A DNA stretch of 64,000 nucleotides from Pseudomonadota bacterium (GCA_023388965.1 JAEWFF010000015.1:14467-78466), one strand, 5' to 3'. Positions 1 to 8,548 are shown, counted from the first letter of the stretch. Numbers and translations are program-made. Notes: a model not told the origin generated them from the sequence alone.

Positions 1-1265
1 ACGAAGAGGACCGCCACGATCAGCGTTGCCGGATGGATGGCGCGCCACTGGCCGGTGAAGGCTTTCAGCACGACATAGCTCACGAAGCCGAAGGCCAGTC
101 CGTTGGCGATGGAATAGGTGAACGGCATGGCGAGCGCCGTCAGCGCCGCCGGTGCTGCTTCCGTCAGTTCCTCCCATTCGACGTCGACCAGTTCGCGGAT
201 CATCAGGCAGGCCACATAGAGCAGCGCCGGGGCTGTCGCATAGGTCGGCACGGAGCCGGCCAGCGGCGCGATGAACAGGGCGGCGAGAAACAGCACGGCG
301 ACGACGAGGGCGGTGAGGCCGGTGCGGCCGCCGGCCTGTACGCCGGACGCGCTTTCGACATAGGCGGTGGTGCTGCTCGTGCCGAGCATCGAACCGGCGA
401 CGATGGCGGTGCTGTCGGCCAGCAGCGCGCGGCCGAGACGGTTCGGCTTGCCTTCCTCGATGAGCTTTGCACGCTTGGCGACGCCGATCAGCGTGCCGGT
501 CGCGTCGAAGACCTCGACGAGCACGAAGACAAGGATGACGTGCAGCAGGCCGCCGTGCAGTGCGCCGACGATGTCGAGCTGGAAGAAGGTGGGCAGGATT
601 GACGGCGGCGCCGAGACCAGACCCTGGAATTCGCTGACGCCGAGGAACCAGGATAGTACGGTGACGGTGAGGATGCCGATCAGAATGGAGCCCTTGACCC
701 GCAGCGCATCGAGCACGGCGATGATGAAGAAGCCGAGGATCGCCAGGAGCGGCCCCGTCGCGGTGAGTTCACCGAGCCCGACGAGCGTTGCGGGATTGGC
801 CACGACGATGCCGGAGCTTTTCAGCGCGATGATGCCGAGGAACAGGCCGATACCGGCGGCGATCGCGCTCCGGAGGGAATGCGGGATGCCGTCGATCAGC
901 CAGCGCCGGATGCCGGTGACGGTCAGGATCACGAAGATCATGCCCGAGATGAACACCGCCCCCAGCGCCTGCTGCCAGGTGAAGCCCAGCGCGGCGACCA
1001 CGGTGAAGGCGAAGAAGGCATTGAGTCCCATGCCGGGAGCCATGGCGATCGGCCAGTTGGCGACAAGCGCCATGATGGCCGAGCCGAGGGCGGCGGCCAG
1101 ACAGGTCGCGACGAAGACCGCGTCGCGATCCATCCCGGTCGATGACAGGATATCCGGGTTGACGAAGATGATATAGGACATCGTGAGGAACGTCGTCAGG
1201 CCGGCCACCAGTTCGGTGCGGACGGACGTGCGGTGCTCACTGAGCTTGAAAAGCCGTTCAAACAT
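1..1265 (-). CDS. NCS2/AzgA-family nucleobase permease (3' end runs off the window)
   Basis: Not in the ORF track. Minus strand from ATG at 1265 reads MFERLFKLSEHRTSVRTELVAGLTTFLTMSYIIFVNPDILS...APGMGLNAFF, which are AzgA/NCS2 signatures; purine-rich RBS upstream. Confidence 0.9.
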   Translation of the reverse strand, partial: MFERLFKLSEHRTSVRTELVAGLTTFLTMSYIIFVNPDILSSTGMDRDAVFVATCLAAALGSAIMALVANWPIAMAPGMGLNAFFAFTVVAALGFTWQQALGAVFISGMIFVILTVTGIRRWLIDGIPHSLRSAIAAGIGLFLGIIALKSSGIVVANPATLVGLGELTATGPLLAILGFFIIAVLDALRVKGSILIGILTVTVLSWFLGVSEFQGLVSAPPSILPTFFQLDIVGALHGGLLHVILVFVLVEVFDATGTLIGVAKRAKLIEEGKPNRLGRALLADSTAIVAGSMLGTSSTTAYVESASGVQAGGRTGLTALVVAVLFLAALFIAPLAGSVPTYATAPALLYVACLMIRELVDVEWEELTEAAPAALTALAMPFTYSIANGLAFGFVSYVVLKAFTGQWRAIHPATLIVAVLF

Positions 1266-1495
1266 GTTTTCTCCCCCCAATGGCGTACGCCAGGGGGCGC
1301 CGCCTTGCATTGACAGCCGGCCGGGCATCTCCTCCGTCCGTTCGGCCCGCAGGCGGCCGCTTCGCCGGGGAAGCCTGCCGTCCGCAAGTCCGGCATAGTG
1401 CTTTTTGTCACGCTTTTGCGCCAGACGGCAATTGCCGTGAATTTCGACGAAAGTCTTTCAGGAAATGCGCGCCGTCGCGATCGCCGGCCCCGTGC

Positions 1496-1954
1496 CTATT
1501 CGCAGACGTCGACCCACTGCGCCGAAACGAGTTCGGCCATGCGAAGCGGGGCGATGCGCACCGCCGCATTGGTCGCGCCTGCCGCCGGCACCACCTCGGT
1601 GAAGGGCCGCAGCGATTCGTCGCAATAGACGGCAAGTGCGGACGGCAGGCCGAAGGGGCAGACGCCGCCCGGCGGATGGCTGGTCGCGGCGATCACCGTA
1701 TCGGCGTCCAGCATGCGCGGCTTGCCGCCGAAACGGTCCTTGAACTTGCGGTTGCTGAGCCTCGCGGTTCCGCTGGTCACGAGCAGCAGGACGTCTTCGC
1801 CGACCCTGAGGCAGATGGTCTTGGCGATCTGTTCGGGCGCAACCGAATGGGCGGCAGCCGCCAGTGCGACGGTGGCGGAGCTTTCCTCCGTGATCAGAAC
1901 CGGGATATCGGGAGCATGCTGCTGGAAAAAGGCGCGGACGGATTCAAGGGACAT
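1496..1954 (-). CDS. YbaK/EbsC-family aminoacyl-tRNA editing protein
   Basis: IAKT motif and GGVCPFG motif, 152 aa. Confidence 0.88.
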   Translation of the reverse strand: MSLESVRAFFQQHAPDIPVLITEESSATVALAAAAHSVAPEQIAKTICLRVGEDVLLLVTSGTARLSNRKFKDRFGGKPRMLDADTVIAATSHPPGGVCPFGLPSALAVYCDESLRPFTEVVPAAGATNAAVRIAPLRMAELVSAQWVDVCE

Positions 1955-2182
1955 GGATATCGGAAGCTTGCAAGGGTTCGGCGGCTGGAACGTCTGGTGG
2001 TCACGGATAAGGGCCGATTCGGCCGGCCGTCATGAAAGCACAAAAACGGCGCCCGCGCCGCCATCATTTACGCCCATGCGCCACCAGAACCCGTCTCACA
2101 GGACGCATAATCCCGCCGGGGACTGTGATCGACTATGAAAAAGGGATGAAAAGCGAACGCAATCAATACGTTCCGAATGGAA

Positions 2183-2204
2183 TGGTGCCAGAAGAGGACT
2201 CGAA
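2183..2204 (-). repeat. att site: displaced tRNA-Leu 3' fragment with a 1-nt deletion
   Basis: TGGTGCC-AGAAGAGGACTCGAA here versus TGGTGCCCAGAAGAGGACTCGAA at 8743-8765. Confidence 0.92.
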
Positions 2205-2260
2205 AAATCGACCTATCTGTTTGAATTTATAGAGTTTGGATGAGTTTGATTTTGTCCGGA

Positions 2261-2279
2261 ACCAACAAAAATACCAACA
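2261..2279. promoter_or_regulatory. Putative integrase arm-type sites at the distal island end
   Basis: ACCAACA (2261) and ATACCAACA (2271) are reverse complements of the TGTTGGYAT repeats at 8548-8600. Confidence 0.7.
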
Positions 2280-2343
2280 AATCAAAATCCCTGTCGCCCT
2301 CGCTTGCCTTGCTGCCCATCTTTTCGGGTTATCCCCAATAAAG

Positions 2344-3090
2344 TCAGGCACCCTTGCGGATTGCGGCATCGATCCGGCTGAATTCCTTGCCTTCGATCAT
2401 AGCGAAGATGCAAGAGCCGCCGGAACGTTCTGCCCACAACTCGCCGACAAGCCGCTTCTCCTTCGAGTCGTCATTGGTGAAGTAGGGAGCACCTTTGTAT
2501 TCTATCACCAGAACGCGCCCATCGGAAAGCAGCGCGACGAAATCAGGATAAAACTTATCCGTTGCCGTCTGAAGCCAGAACGAATTCGGCTGTTGAGACG
2601 TATTCCGCACCCATGCCTTCACTTCCGGCATGCGCTCCAGATAGACCGCGCATTCGTGCTCTTCGCCGGTCGGCTCCAGATCGCCGATCACGCGGAACAG
2701 ATGCTTCTTGAAATCCGTCCGCCCCTTGTAGGGTTCGCGATAGGCATAGCGGCTTTCCTCGAAGACAAGCTCCAGCTCGGCGCTAGTCTTGAAGTCCAGC
2801 CCACCTTGCGGAATGAGCGCCTGTTGAAAGGCTTGGGTTTCGCGGCCGTCGCGGTGCTTGGCGATCACCTTCACCAGTGCTTCAACAAGCCGGAACTTCG
2901 CCCGCGCCAAGGCTTCGAGCGACATGCCGGTTTGTGCGGAAATCAGGTCCAGCGCCTTGGCAATGAAGAGCGTCGAGGAAATGCGGGTAATGTCGCGTCG
3001 GGCCGTGAAGGGAAGCCGCCGGTCAAGCCAGTTCACCAGCGCGTTCTTTGTCCAGCCGCGTTCCTGAAGGTTGTCCGGTCCTGCAATCTT
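2344..3090 (-). pseudogene. C-terminal fragment of a type III restriction Res subunit-like protein (endonuclease domain only)
   Basis: FWLQT..KFYPDF..GRVLVIEYKG..DSKEKR..GELWA is a PD-(D/E)xK Res-type tail; no helicase domain; frame closed upstream by TGA at 3091-3093; only a weak GTG at 3036. Confidence 0.75.
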
Positions 3091-3377
3091 TCATTGGTTC
3101 GCTGACAGCTTTGTAAAGACGCGGTTCAGCCCTGTCACGCCTTCTTGTGCCCCCGTCGCCTCACAAGTCAGCCAGTTGTTGGACTTTGTTGCCCGAATGA
3201 GCGGCCGGCCCTTTTCTTTCGATGCGGGACATGTCTGCGTGCCGCCGGCATCAAGCTGAACCGTGCGCAGACGGCGCGTCTAGGCTGTCAGTCGCCTACT
3301 CGCAATCGGAGCAGAGTCGATGAATTGCATAGCCAGGAGGATCGGTTAAGTTGCTGCCACTTAAGTTTGGGGGGGAG

Positions 3378-4244
3378 ATGAATAACAGATCGATATTGAG
3401 CGCCGCAGCTTTTGTGATAGTCGTCTGGTTCGCTTGGATCGGCCAGGAATTTATCTTCCGTTGGTTTGATGTCCCTTGGAAAGTCGAACTGCTTGGTCAA
3501 CTCGGCGACACCTTTGGGGCCTTGAACGCCTTGTTCTCTGCGCTCGCTTTCGTCGGGGTGTTAGCCACCCTGATACAACAACGTGAAGAGCTTTCTCGCC
3601 AACAAACCCAGATAGCAACGGCTGAAAAAAACCAGCACCGGCAACGGTTCGAAGACAACTTCTTTCAGCTCTTGGCTGTAATCCGAGAGAACAGGCAGGA
3701 CGTCAGATTTAGGAATTCTTCAGAATACCTTGCGTCTAAATCGCGAACTAGCTCCACCACCAAAGAGGGGCACGCTGCCTTCCAAGCGGCATACCGCGAG
3801 ATGCGCTTTTGGGTGGGCCAAGAGACGACAAATGGACGGCAGCTAGACCGGGTTGAACTTGCAGCACTTTATGCACAGAAAGTCCATGTCAGGTATGAAA
3901 GCACCTTAGGTGCCTACTTTCGACTGGTTTACGAGATTCTCGATAGGGTTGAACGCGACCAGCATTTAAGCGATGACGAAAAGAACGAGTTCGGCAATCT
4001 CGTGCGTGGCCAAATGACCAGCTTTGAAGCCATTATCGCCGGCTGCAACGCACTCAATGATTTCGCCAAGGACTTCAGGCGGCTAATCATTCGCTTCCGC
4101 CTACTAAAATATGCGAGGACGGGCGATGTCTACACCGAGCTAACCAAACACTATCCAGCAGAAGCTTTTCAGGGCCGCAGCACAAATCGTCCACCATCCC
4201 CAGATGTCGACCTCCTTGATGAGGGTTTGGATCATGACCACTAA
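3378..4244 (+). CDS. Putative phage abortive-infection protein (putAbiC-like) with N-terminal TM helices
   Basis: GQLGDTFGALNALFSALAF...FEDNFFQLL...LGAYFRLVYEIL...YG/FGNLVRGQM-like pattern matches this family by eye; GGGGAG RBS before ATG 3378; AT-rich codons. Confidence 0.75.
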   Translation: MNNRSILSAAAFVIVVWFAWIGQEFIFRWFDVPWKVELLGQLGDTFGALNALFSALAFVGVLATLIQQREELSRQQTQIATAEKNQHRQRFEDNFFQLLAVIRENRQDVRFRNSSEYLASKSRTSSTTKEGHAAFQAAYREMRFWVGQETTNGRQLDRVELAALYAQKVHVRYESTLGAYFRLVYEILDRVERDQHLSDDEKNEFGNLVRGQMTSFEAIIAGCNALNDFAKDFRRLIIRFRLLKYARTGDVYTELTKHYPAEAFQGRSTNRPPSPDVDLLDEGLDHDH

Positions 4245-4318
4245 AGCAAGACCGCTGCCTTCGGCGGCATCTTCAAATCAACATGGCGCTACTGGTCAAA
4301 CAGGTTCACCGTGAACGG

Positions 4319-5422
4319 TTACGCCTTCCTTCGCTCTCTATCTAAGATTGCGGCGAGTGCAGCCAACGAATCATGGGAAAAACTGTCTTCTTCGCCCGGC
4401 TGTTCGCGCAGTTGACCGATGATCTCCGCCTGCCGATTGGTTGCCACCGTGCCATAACTGGTAAACGTCGTCAGCACCTGCTCATGGCCAAGATTCTGGC
4501 TCCAGGCCTTGAAATCTTCCGGCGTGCGGCAGCGCTGTTCGCCCAGCATGGCGAGTGTGTTCCGCAAGCTGTGCGGATTGGCATAGGGCAGGCCCGCCGC
4601 CTCGAAGGCGCTTTTGAAAATGCGCCGGATGGCGGATGCGTTCTTCCAGTGATCGCGCGAAAGCCCGACGGCACCGAACAGGCCGGCATTGGTGAGCCCA
4701 ACCTTGGTTGTCGGAAACAGCGGATCATCCGGGCCGAACCATAGCTTCCCTTTCAGATGGTCGATCCAATGGCCAAGCACCGCTTCGACGTCTTCGCCCA
4801 CGGGGAAGAAGAAGGTCTTGAAGGTCTTGCGGCCCTTGGTCCTCACGTCGCGCGCATCCTGAAACACACTTTTTGCGGCAAGATCCACATGCTTCAGCCT
4901 GAGGGACGCCACCGCATTGTCGCGCGCGCCGGTCAGAAGCGTAAAAGCAACAATCGCCCTGTCGCGCTTCTCCACGTCGCTGCCATCAGGCATGGCGAAG
5001 ATCACACGCCGGACCTGTTCCACCGTCGGCACCTTCTTGTCGCGCCGCGCCGTGGCAATGCGGCTGTCATTGGCGCTTGGATTGAAATAGTCCGCATCGG
5101 CATAGGAAATCCGCGACCTGTAGCCCGGTTGGCCGGCAAGCCAGAAGACGAAGGCCTTCAGCGCCATTAGCCGCGAATGAATCGTCGCCTTGGAAAGCGG
5201 CCTGCCGGTTTTGGCGTTGCGCTGCTTGGCCAGGTACGCCTTGAAGCCCTTCGCTTGCTCGATGTGGAAGCCCGCGAAATCCCGATAGTTCGACCATTGC
5301 TCGAAACCCGCGATCGATGCCGCGACAAGGTCCACGCTGCTCATGTCCATCCTCTTCGCTTCCTTCAGGTAATCGAAATAGCGGCGTTTGATCCGCTCGT
5401 TTTTCGGGTGGTGCTTTTTCAT
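4319..5422 (-). CDS. Tyrosine recombinase (second one in the island)
   Basis: Full catalytic set: TGAR, TK, HSLR, LGH, SY; 367 aa. Confidence 0.9.
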   Translation of the reverse strand: MKKHHPKNERIKRRYFDYLKEAKRMDMSSVDLVAASIAGFEQWSNYRDFAGFHIEQAKGFKAYLAKQRNAKTGRPLSKATIHSRLMALKAFVFWLAGQPGYRSRISYADADYFNPSANDSRIATARRDKKVPTVEQVRRVIFAMPDGSDVEKRDRAIVAFTLLTGARDNAVASLRLKHVDLAAKSVFQDARDVRTKGRKTFKTFFFPVGEDVEAVLGHWIDHLKGKLWFGPDDPLFPTTKVGLTNAGLFGAVGLSRDHWKNASAIRRIFKSAFEAAGLPYANPHSLRNTLAMLGEQRCRTPEDFKAWSQNLGHEQVLTTFTSYGTVATNRQAEIIGQLREQPGEEDSFSHDSLAALAAILDRERRKA

Positions 5423-5901
5423 GGCTTTGCGTCCTTCTCGAAGTGATCATTGCAACGGGAATTGCCCATCTCGTTTAGGCGTGGATCACCTTGGGGAAAT
5501 GAAACCGCTGCTTGGCGCTCCAGAAGAGCCAGCTTCGAGGCGCTGAAGTTCTTGTGCATGATCGTCCCGCAATCCTCACAGATCGCGCTAAGCTGTCCGC
5601 TGAGGGCCGTGCGCGGCGTGTAGTCGATCAGTCCACCGGCAGCGGCTTTCGGTTGGCGGCAACGGAAACAGTAGAATTCCTGCAGCCCGCATCGCTGTTT
5701 CAGCTTGTCCCGCTTGTCGAGGAAGGCGCGCAAATCGCCGCCCAGGATCAGGAAGGGCCGTTGGTCGGTAAGGTGCGGCAATCCCGCCTTCAGCCATCGC
5801 CGCACGCTGCCCTTCGCCACGCCAAGGATAAGGGCCGCTTCTTCGGTCGTGTAGCTGTAGTGCTGCTTGATCGCCCGCCGGTTCGGGCGACGTCCGGCCA
5901 T
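5419..5901 (-). CDS. Excisionase-like HTH protein with a C-terminal Cys4 zinc ribbon
   Basis: YTTEEAALILGVAKGSVRRW HTH; CFRC and CEDC pairs; ATGA overlap with the recombinase. Confidence 0.78.
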   Translation of the reverse strand: MAGRRPNRRAIKQHYSYTTEEAALILGVAKGSVRRWLKAGLPHLTDQRPFLILGGDLRAFLDKRDKLKQRCGLQEFYCFRCRQPKAAAGGLIDYTPRTALSGQLSAICEDCGTIMHKNFSASKLALLERQAAVSFPQGDPRLNEMGNSRCNDHFEKDAKP

Positions 5902-6108
5902 TCACCGGCCTCCGCTATCGATCAGCGAGCGAATGTCCTCCACCCGCCACGCGGTGATGCGCGGGCCAAGCTTGACCGGCTTCGGAAACCGCCCGTCCTT
6001 GATGCCGGCCCACCATGTAGACTTGCTGACAGGGATCGGCCCGGTCGGCGCAATGATCGCGGAAAGCCGGACGAAGCCGGTCAAGGGGAAATGGGTGTTG
6101 TTCGGCAT
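5902..6108 (-). CDS. alpA: AlpA-family regulator / recombination directionality factor
   Basis: VSKSTWWAGIKDGRFPKPVKLGPRITAWRVEDI signature, 68 aa. Confidence 0.88.
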   Translation of the reverse strand: MPNNTHFPLTGFVRLSAIIAPTGPIPVSKSTWWAGIKDGRFPKPVKLGPRITAWRVEDIRSLIDSGGR

Positions 6109-6167
6109 GGTGCCACCTCGTCTCGGTTGAACTGAGATGGTTCTAAGTCGGCCGATAAGGACCTTGG

Positions 6168-6201
6168 CCGAATTCGGTTTACGCCAAACCGAATTCGGTT
6201 T
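6168..6201. promoter_or_regulatory. Tandem palindromic operator-like repeats upstream of alpA
   Basis: CCGAATTCGGTTT at 6168 and 6189 (21-bp period); the second copy lies within a perfect 16-bp palindrome AAACCGAATTCGGTTT (6186-6201). Confidence 0.6.
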
Positions 6202-6210
6202 CGGGACGCG

Positions 6211-7272
6211 CTATTCGGGCAGTTCGCCGGGTAGTAGGGCTTTGGCTTCGTTCAGGTATTTTCGGATGGTGTCGGCATCTAGGGAAATGCCGCGAGTGGT
6301 GAGATCGGTTTCAATGTCCGCTGTCGCGCTATTTCGCGCCATTGTTGGATTGAAGCCGTATCCGCCCATGGCCATGCCAATGACAAGCTTCAACAAACTT
6401 TCACGTTCGCGCGTTCCCATCTCACGCCTGCCTGAATTGGCTTCGTCTTTCTGGAGACGGTCCAGCGCTTCAGATAGTTCTTTGTTCTTGGCCTTCAGGC
6501 TCTCAACCAACGTCTGGTATCCTGCAATCGTGCCATTGGCCTTTGCAGAATATTCTTCTTGAAACTTCGAGTTCTCCTTCATCGCTCGCAGGTATTCCTC
6601 CCGCTCTTCAGCAAGGCTCGCGCTCAATTTGGAGAATGCCTCCTGTTGCTGATCGAAAAGGCTTTTCCAGTCAGCAACTTGAATTCCAAGCGCGTCAATT
6701 TCGGCGGCAAGTTGGTCAGGGATTTCTAGCCGCATCCGGCGAGCCCATGCGACTGCCACGTTGGGAATGGTCTGCTCCCACAGTTGCCCCATCGTTTTGG
6801 CACGGCTGACGATAGTGTTCCGTTGACTGTATTCCGCGACGAATTCGGATTCCAAGTGGAAGCGGCCGATACTTTGCCAGTTTACCTTTCTCGGGTCCCG
6901 GCCAAGGGAAAGCGCAACGATCTCTTCGAGCGACCAATAGGACAGCTTTGCCCAGTACTTGAAGTCGGCCGTACTCTCCGGCTGATTATAGAAGCGCTCG
7001 TCCTCCAAACGCTTTTTCGACGCGGCGACGATCTCCCCCTCGCGCTTGCGGGCATCGGCAATTCGGGCTTTCAGTTCGGTCGGCGAAAGCTTCTCCAATT
7101 CGTCGCGATAGGCTTTGGATTCCTCTTCGGCCGTCTCCCGCTTTTCCTCGAAATCCGGATCATAGTTTTTCCCCACGCTTTCAGAGCGGGCGCCGAACCG
7201 CAAGATCGGGTAGCGCTGCAAGATCAGGTAGAGAACAGGGTCAAGCGCCCACAATGGTTCGAGTTTTGGCAT
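6211..7272 (-). CDS. Hypothetical island protein (coiled-coil centre, probable C-terminal HTH)
   Basis: 353-aa ORF co-oriented with the integrase; C-terminus ...ADIETDLTTRGISLDADTIRKYLNEA looks HTH-like. Confidence 0.7.
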   Translation of the reverse strand: MPKLEPLWALDPVLYLILQRYPILRFGARSESVGKNYDPDFEEKRETAEEESKAYRDELEKLSPTELKARIADARKREGEIVAASKKRLEDERFYNQPESTADFKYWAKLSYWSLEEIVALSLGRDPRKVNWQSIGRFHLESEFVAEYSQRNTIVSRAKTMGQLWEQTIPNVAVAWARRMRLEIPDQLAAEIDALGIQVADWKSLFDQQQEAFSKLSASLAEEREEYLRAMKENSKFQEEYSAKANGTIAGYQTLVESLKAKNKELSEALDRLQKDEANSGRREMGTRERESLLKLVIGMAMGGYGFNPTMARNSATADIETDLTTRGISLDADTIRKYLNEAKALLPGELPE

Positions 7273-7354
7273 TGCCGATTCTGTCCCGCTGCCGATGCGG
7301 GATCATAGACGCGGTGGCCACGACAAAAGAAGAGGCAGTTGCCCAATCTTGCTC

Positions 7355-8548
7355 CTATTCCACCTGTGATTTCATCTTGTGGATTTCCCCAGCCCACCAA
7401 TCGGCCATCTTCACCCGCTCTTCCCAATAGAGCGCCCGGTGATAGGCCTTGCGAACCTCGTCGGCGCCGACATGCGCCAATTCCGCTTCGATCGCGTCCG
7501 GCGACCATTTGCCGCTTTCGTTCAGCATTGTGGATGCGCTGGCCCGGAAGCCGTGGGACGTTGCTTCGTCTTGAGTGAAGCCCATACGACGAAGCGCGCT
7601 GTTCATCGTGTTCTCGCTCATGGTGCGGGTGCGCGAGGTGACGGCGGGAAACAACAGCTTCCCGTCACCGGTCAGTGTGCGCAGGTCTTCGAGGATCGCC
7701 AAGGCTTGGGCCGGCAACGGCTTGCGGTGCTCGCGGCGCATCTTCATGCGCGAAGCCGGCAGCGTCCAGATCGCCTTTTCGAAATCGATCTCGCTCCATT
7801 CCGCTTGGCGAAGCTCGCCGGGGCGGGGATAGAGTAGGGCCATCAATTGCAGCGCCATGCGCGTTTCCGGCATTCCCTCATAGGCCCAGATCGCGCGTAG
7901 CAATCCGCCGAACGCCTTCTTGTCGGTGACGGCGGCACGATGCGAGACAACCGGCGCCGTGAGGGCACCCTTTAGGCCGAAGGTCGGGTCGTTGTCCGTG
8001 CGGGCCGTGGCAATGGCGTACCGGAATATCTGTCCGATTGTGGATCGCACGCGCCGGGCCGTTTCATAGTTGCCCTTGGCTTCGATCCTTCGCAACGGTA
8101 CAAGGATCTCGGCGGCCGTGATCTCTGAAACAGGCCGCGAACCAATATCGGACATGGCAAGACCAAGCAGCCATTCCTTCTTGTTCCGGGTCGTGTCGGC
8201 CTTGCCCTCTTTCGCAATCTTCACAAGGTACTCGTCCGCCACCGCCTTGAAGGTGACGGCATTGCTGGCTCGTTTGGTGATCCGCTCCAGCTTCGCATGA
8301 TGCGAAGGGTTGATGCCCTTGGCCAAAAGCGCCTTGGCGTTTTCTCGCAGCCGGCGGGCATCGGCAAGCGTGACGGCCGGATATGAGCCCAGCGCCATCG
8401 TCTGTTGTTTGCCGTCGAAACGATAGGACAAGCGCCACAGCTTCGAGCCTTGCGGCGAAAGCAGAACGTGCAGCCCGCCGCCGTCGCTGTGCTTTGTTGG
8501 TTTTTCTGTTGGTTTCAGGGCCTTTAGGGCGGTGTCGGTGAGCGCCAT
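7355..8548 (-). CDS. P4-family integrase with N-terminal arm-binding domain
   Basis: MALTDTALK..DGGGL..GSKLWRLSYRFDGK..ALGSYP arm domain; RPGE, MK, HGFR, LAH, AY catalytic motifs; start corrected to ATG 8548. Confidence 0.95.
   Translation of the reverse strand: MALTDTALKALKPTEKPTKHSDGGGLHVLLSPQGSKLWRLSYRFDGKQQTMALGSYPAVTLADARRLRENAKALLAKGINPSHHAKLERITKRASNAVTFKAVADEYLVKIAKEGKADTTRNKKEWLLGLAMSDIGSRPVSEITAAEILVPLRRIEAKGNYETARRVRSTIGQIFRYAIATARTDNDPTFGLKGALTAPVVSHRAAVTDKKAFGGLLRAIWAYEGMPETRMALQLMALLYPRPGELRQAEWSEIDFEKAIWTLPASRMKMRREHRKPLPAQALAILEDLRTLTGDGKLLFPAVTSRTRTMSENTMNSALRRMGFTQDEATSHGFRASASTMLNESGKWSPDAIEAELAHVGADEVRKAYHRALYWEERVKMADWWAGEIHKMKSQVE

Noticed and set aside
2236..3105. 289-aa plus-strand ORF in the island
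   Set aside because: Antisense to the Res fragment, which carries the recognisable nuclease motif
6168..6201. Possible CRISPR-like repeat
   Set aside because: Only two 13-bp copies 21 bp apart, no spacer-length gaps and no cas genes; no CRISPR array seen in the window
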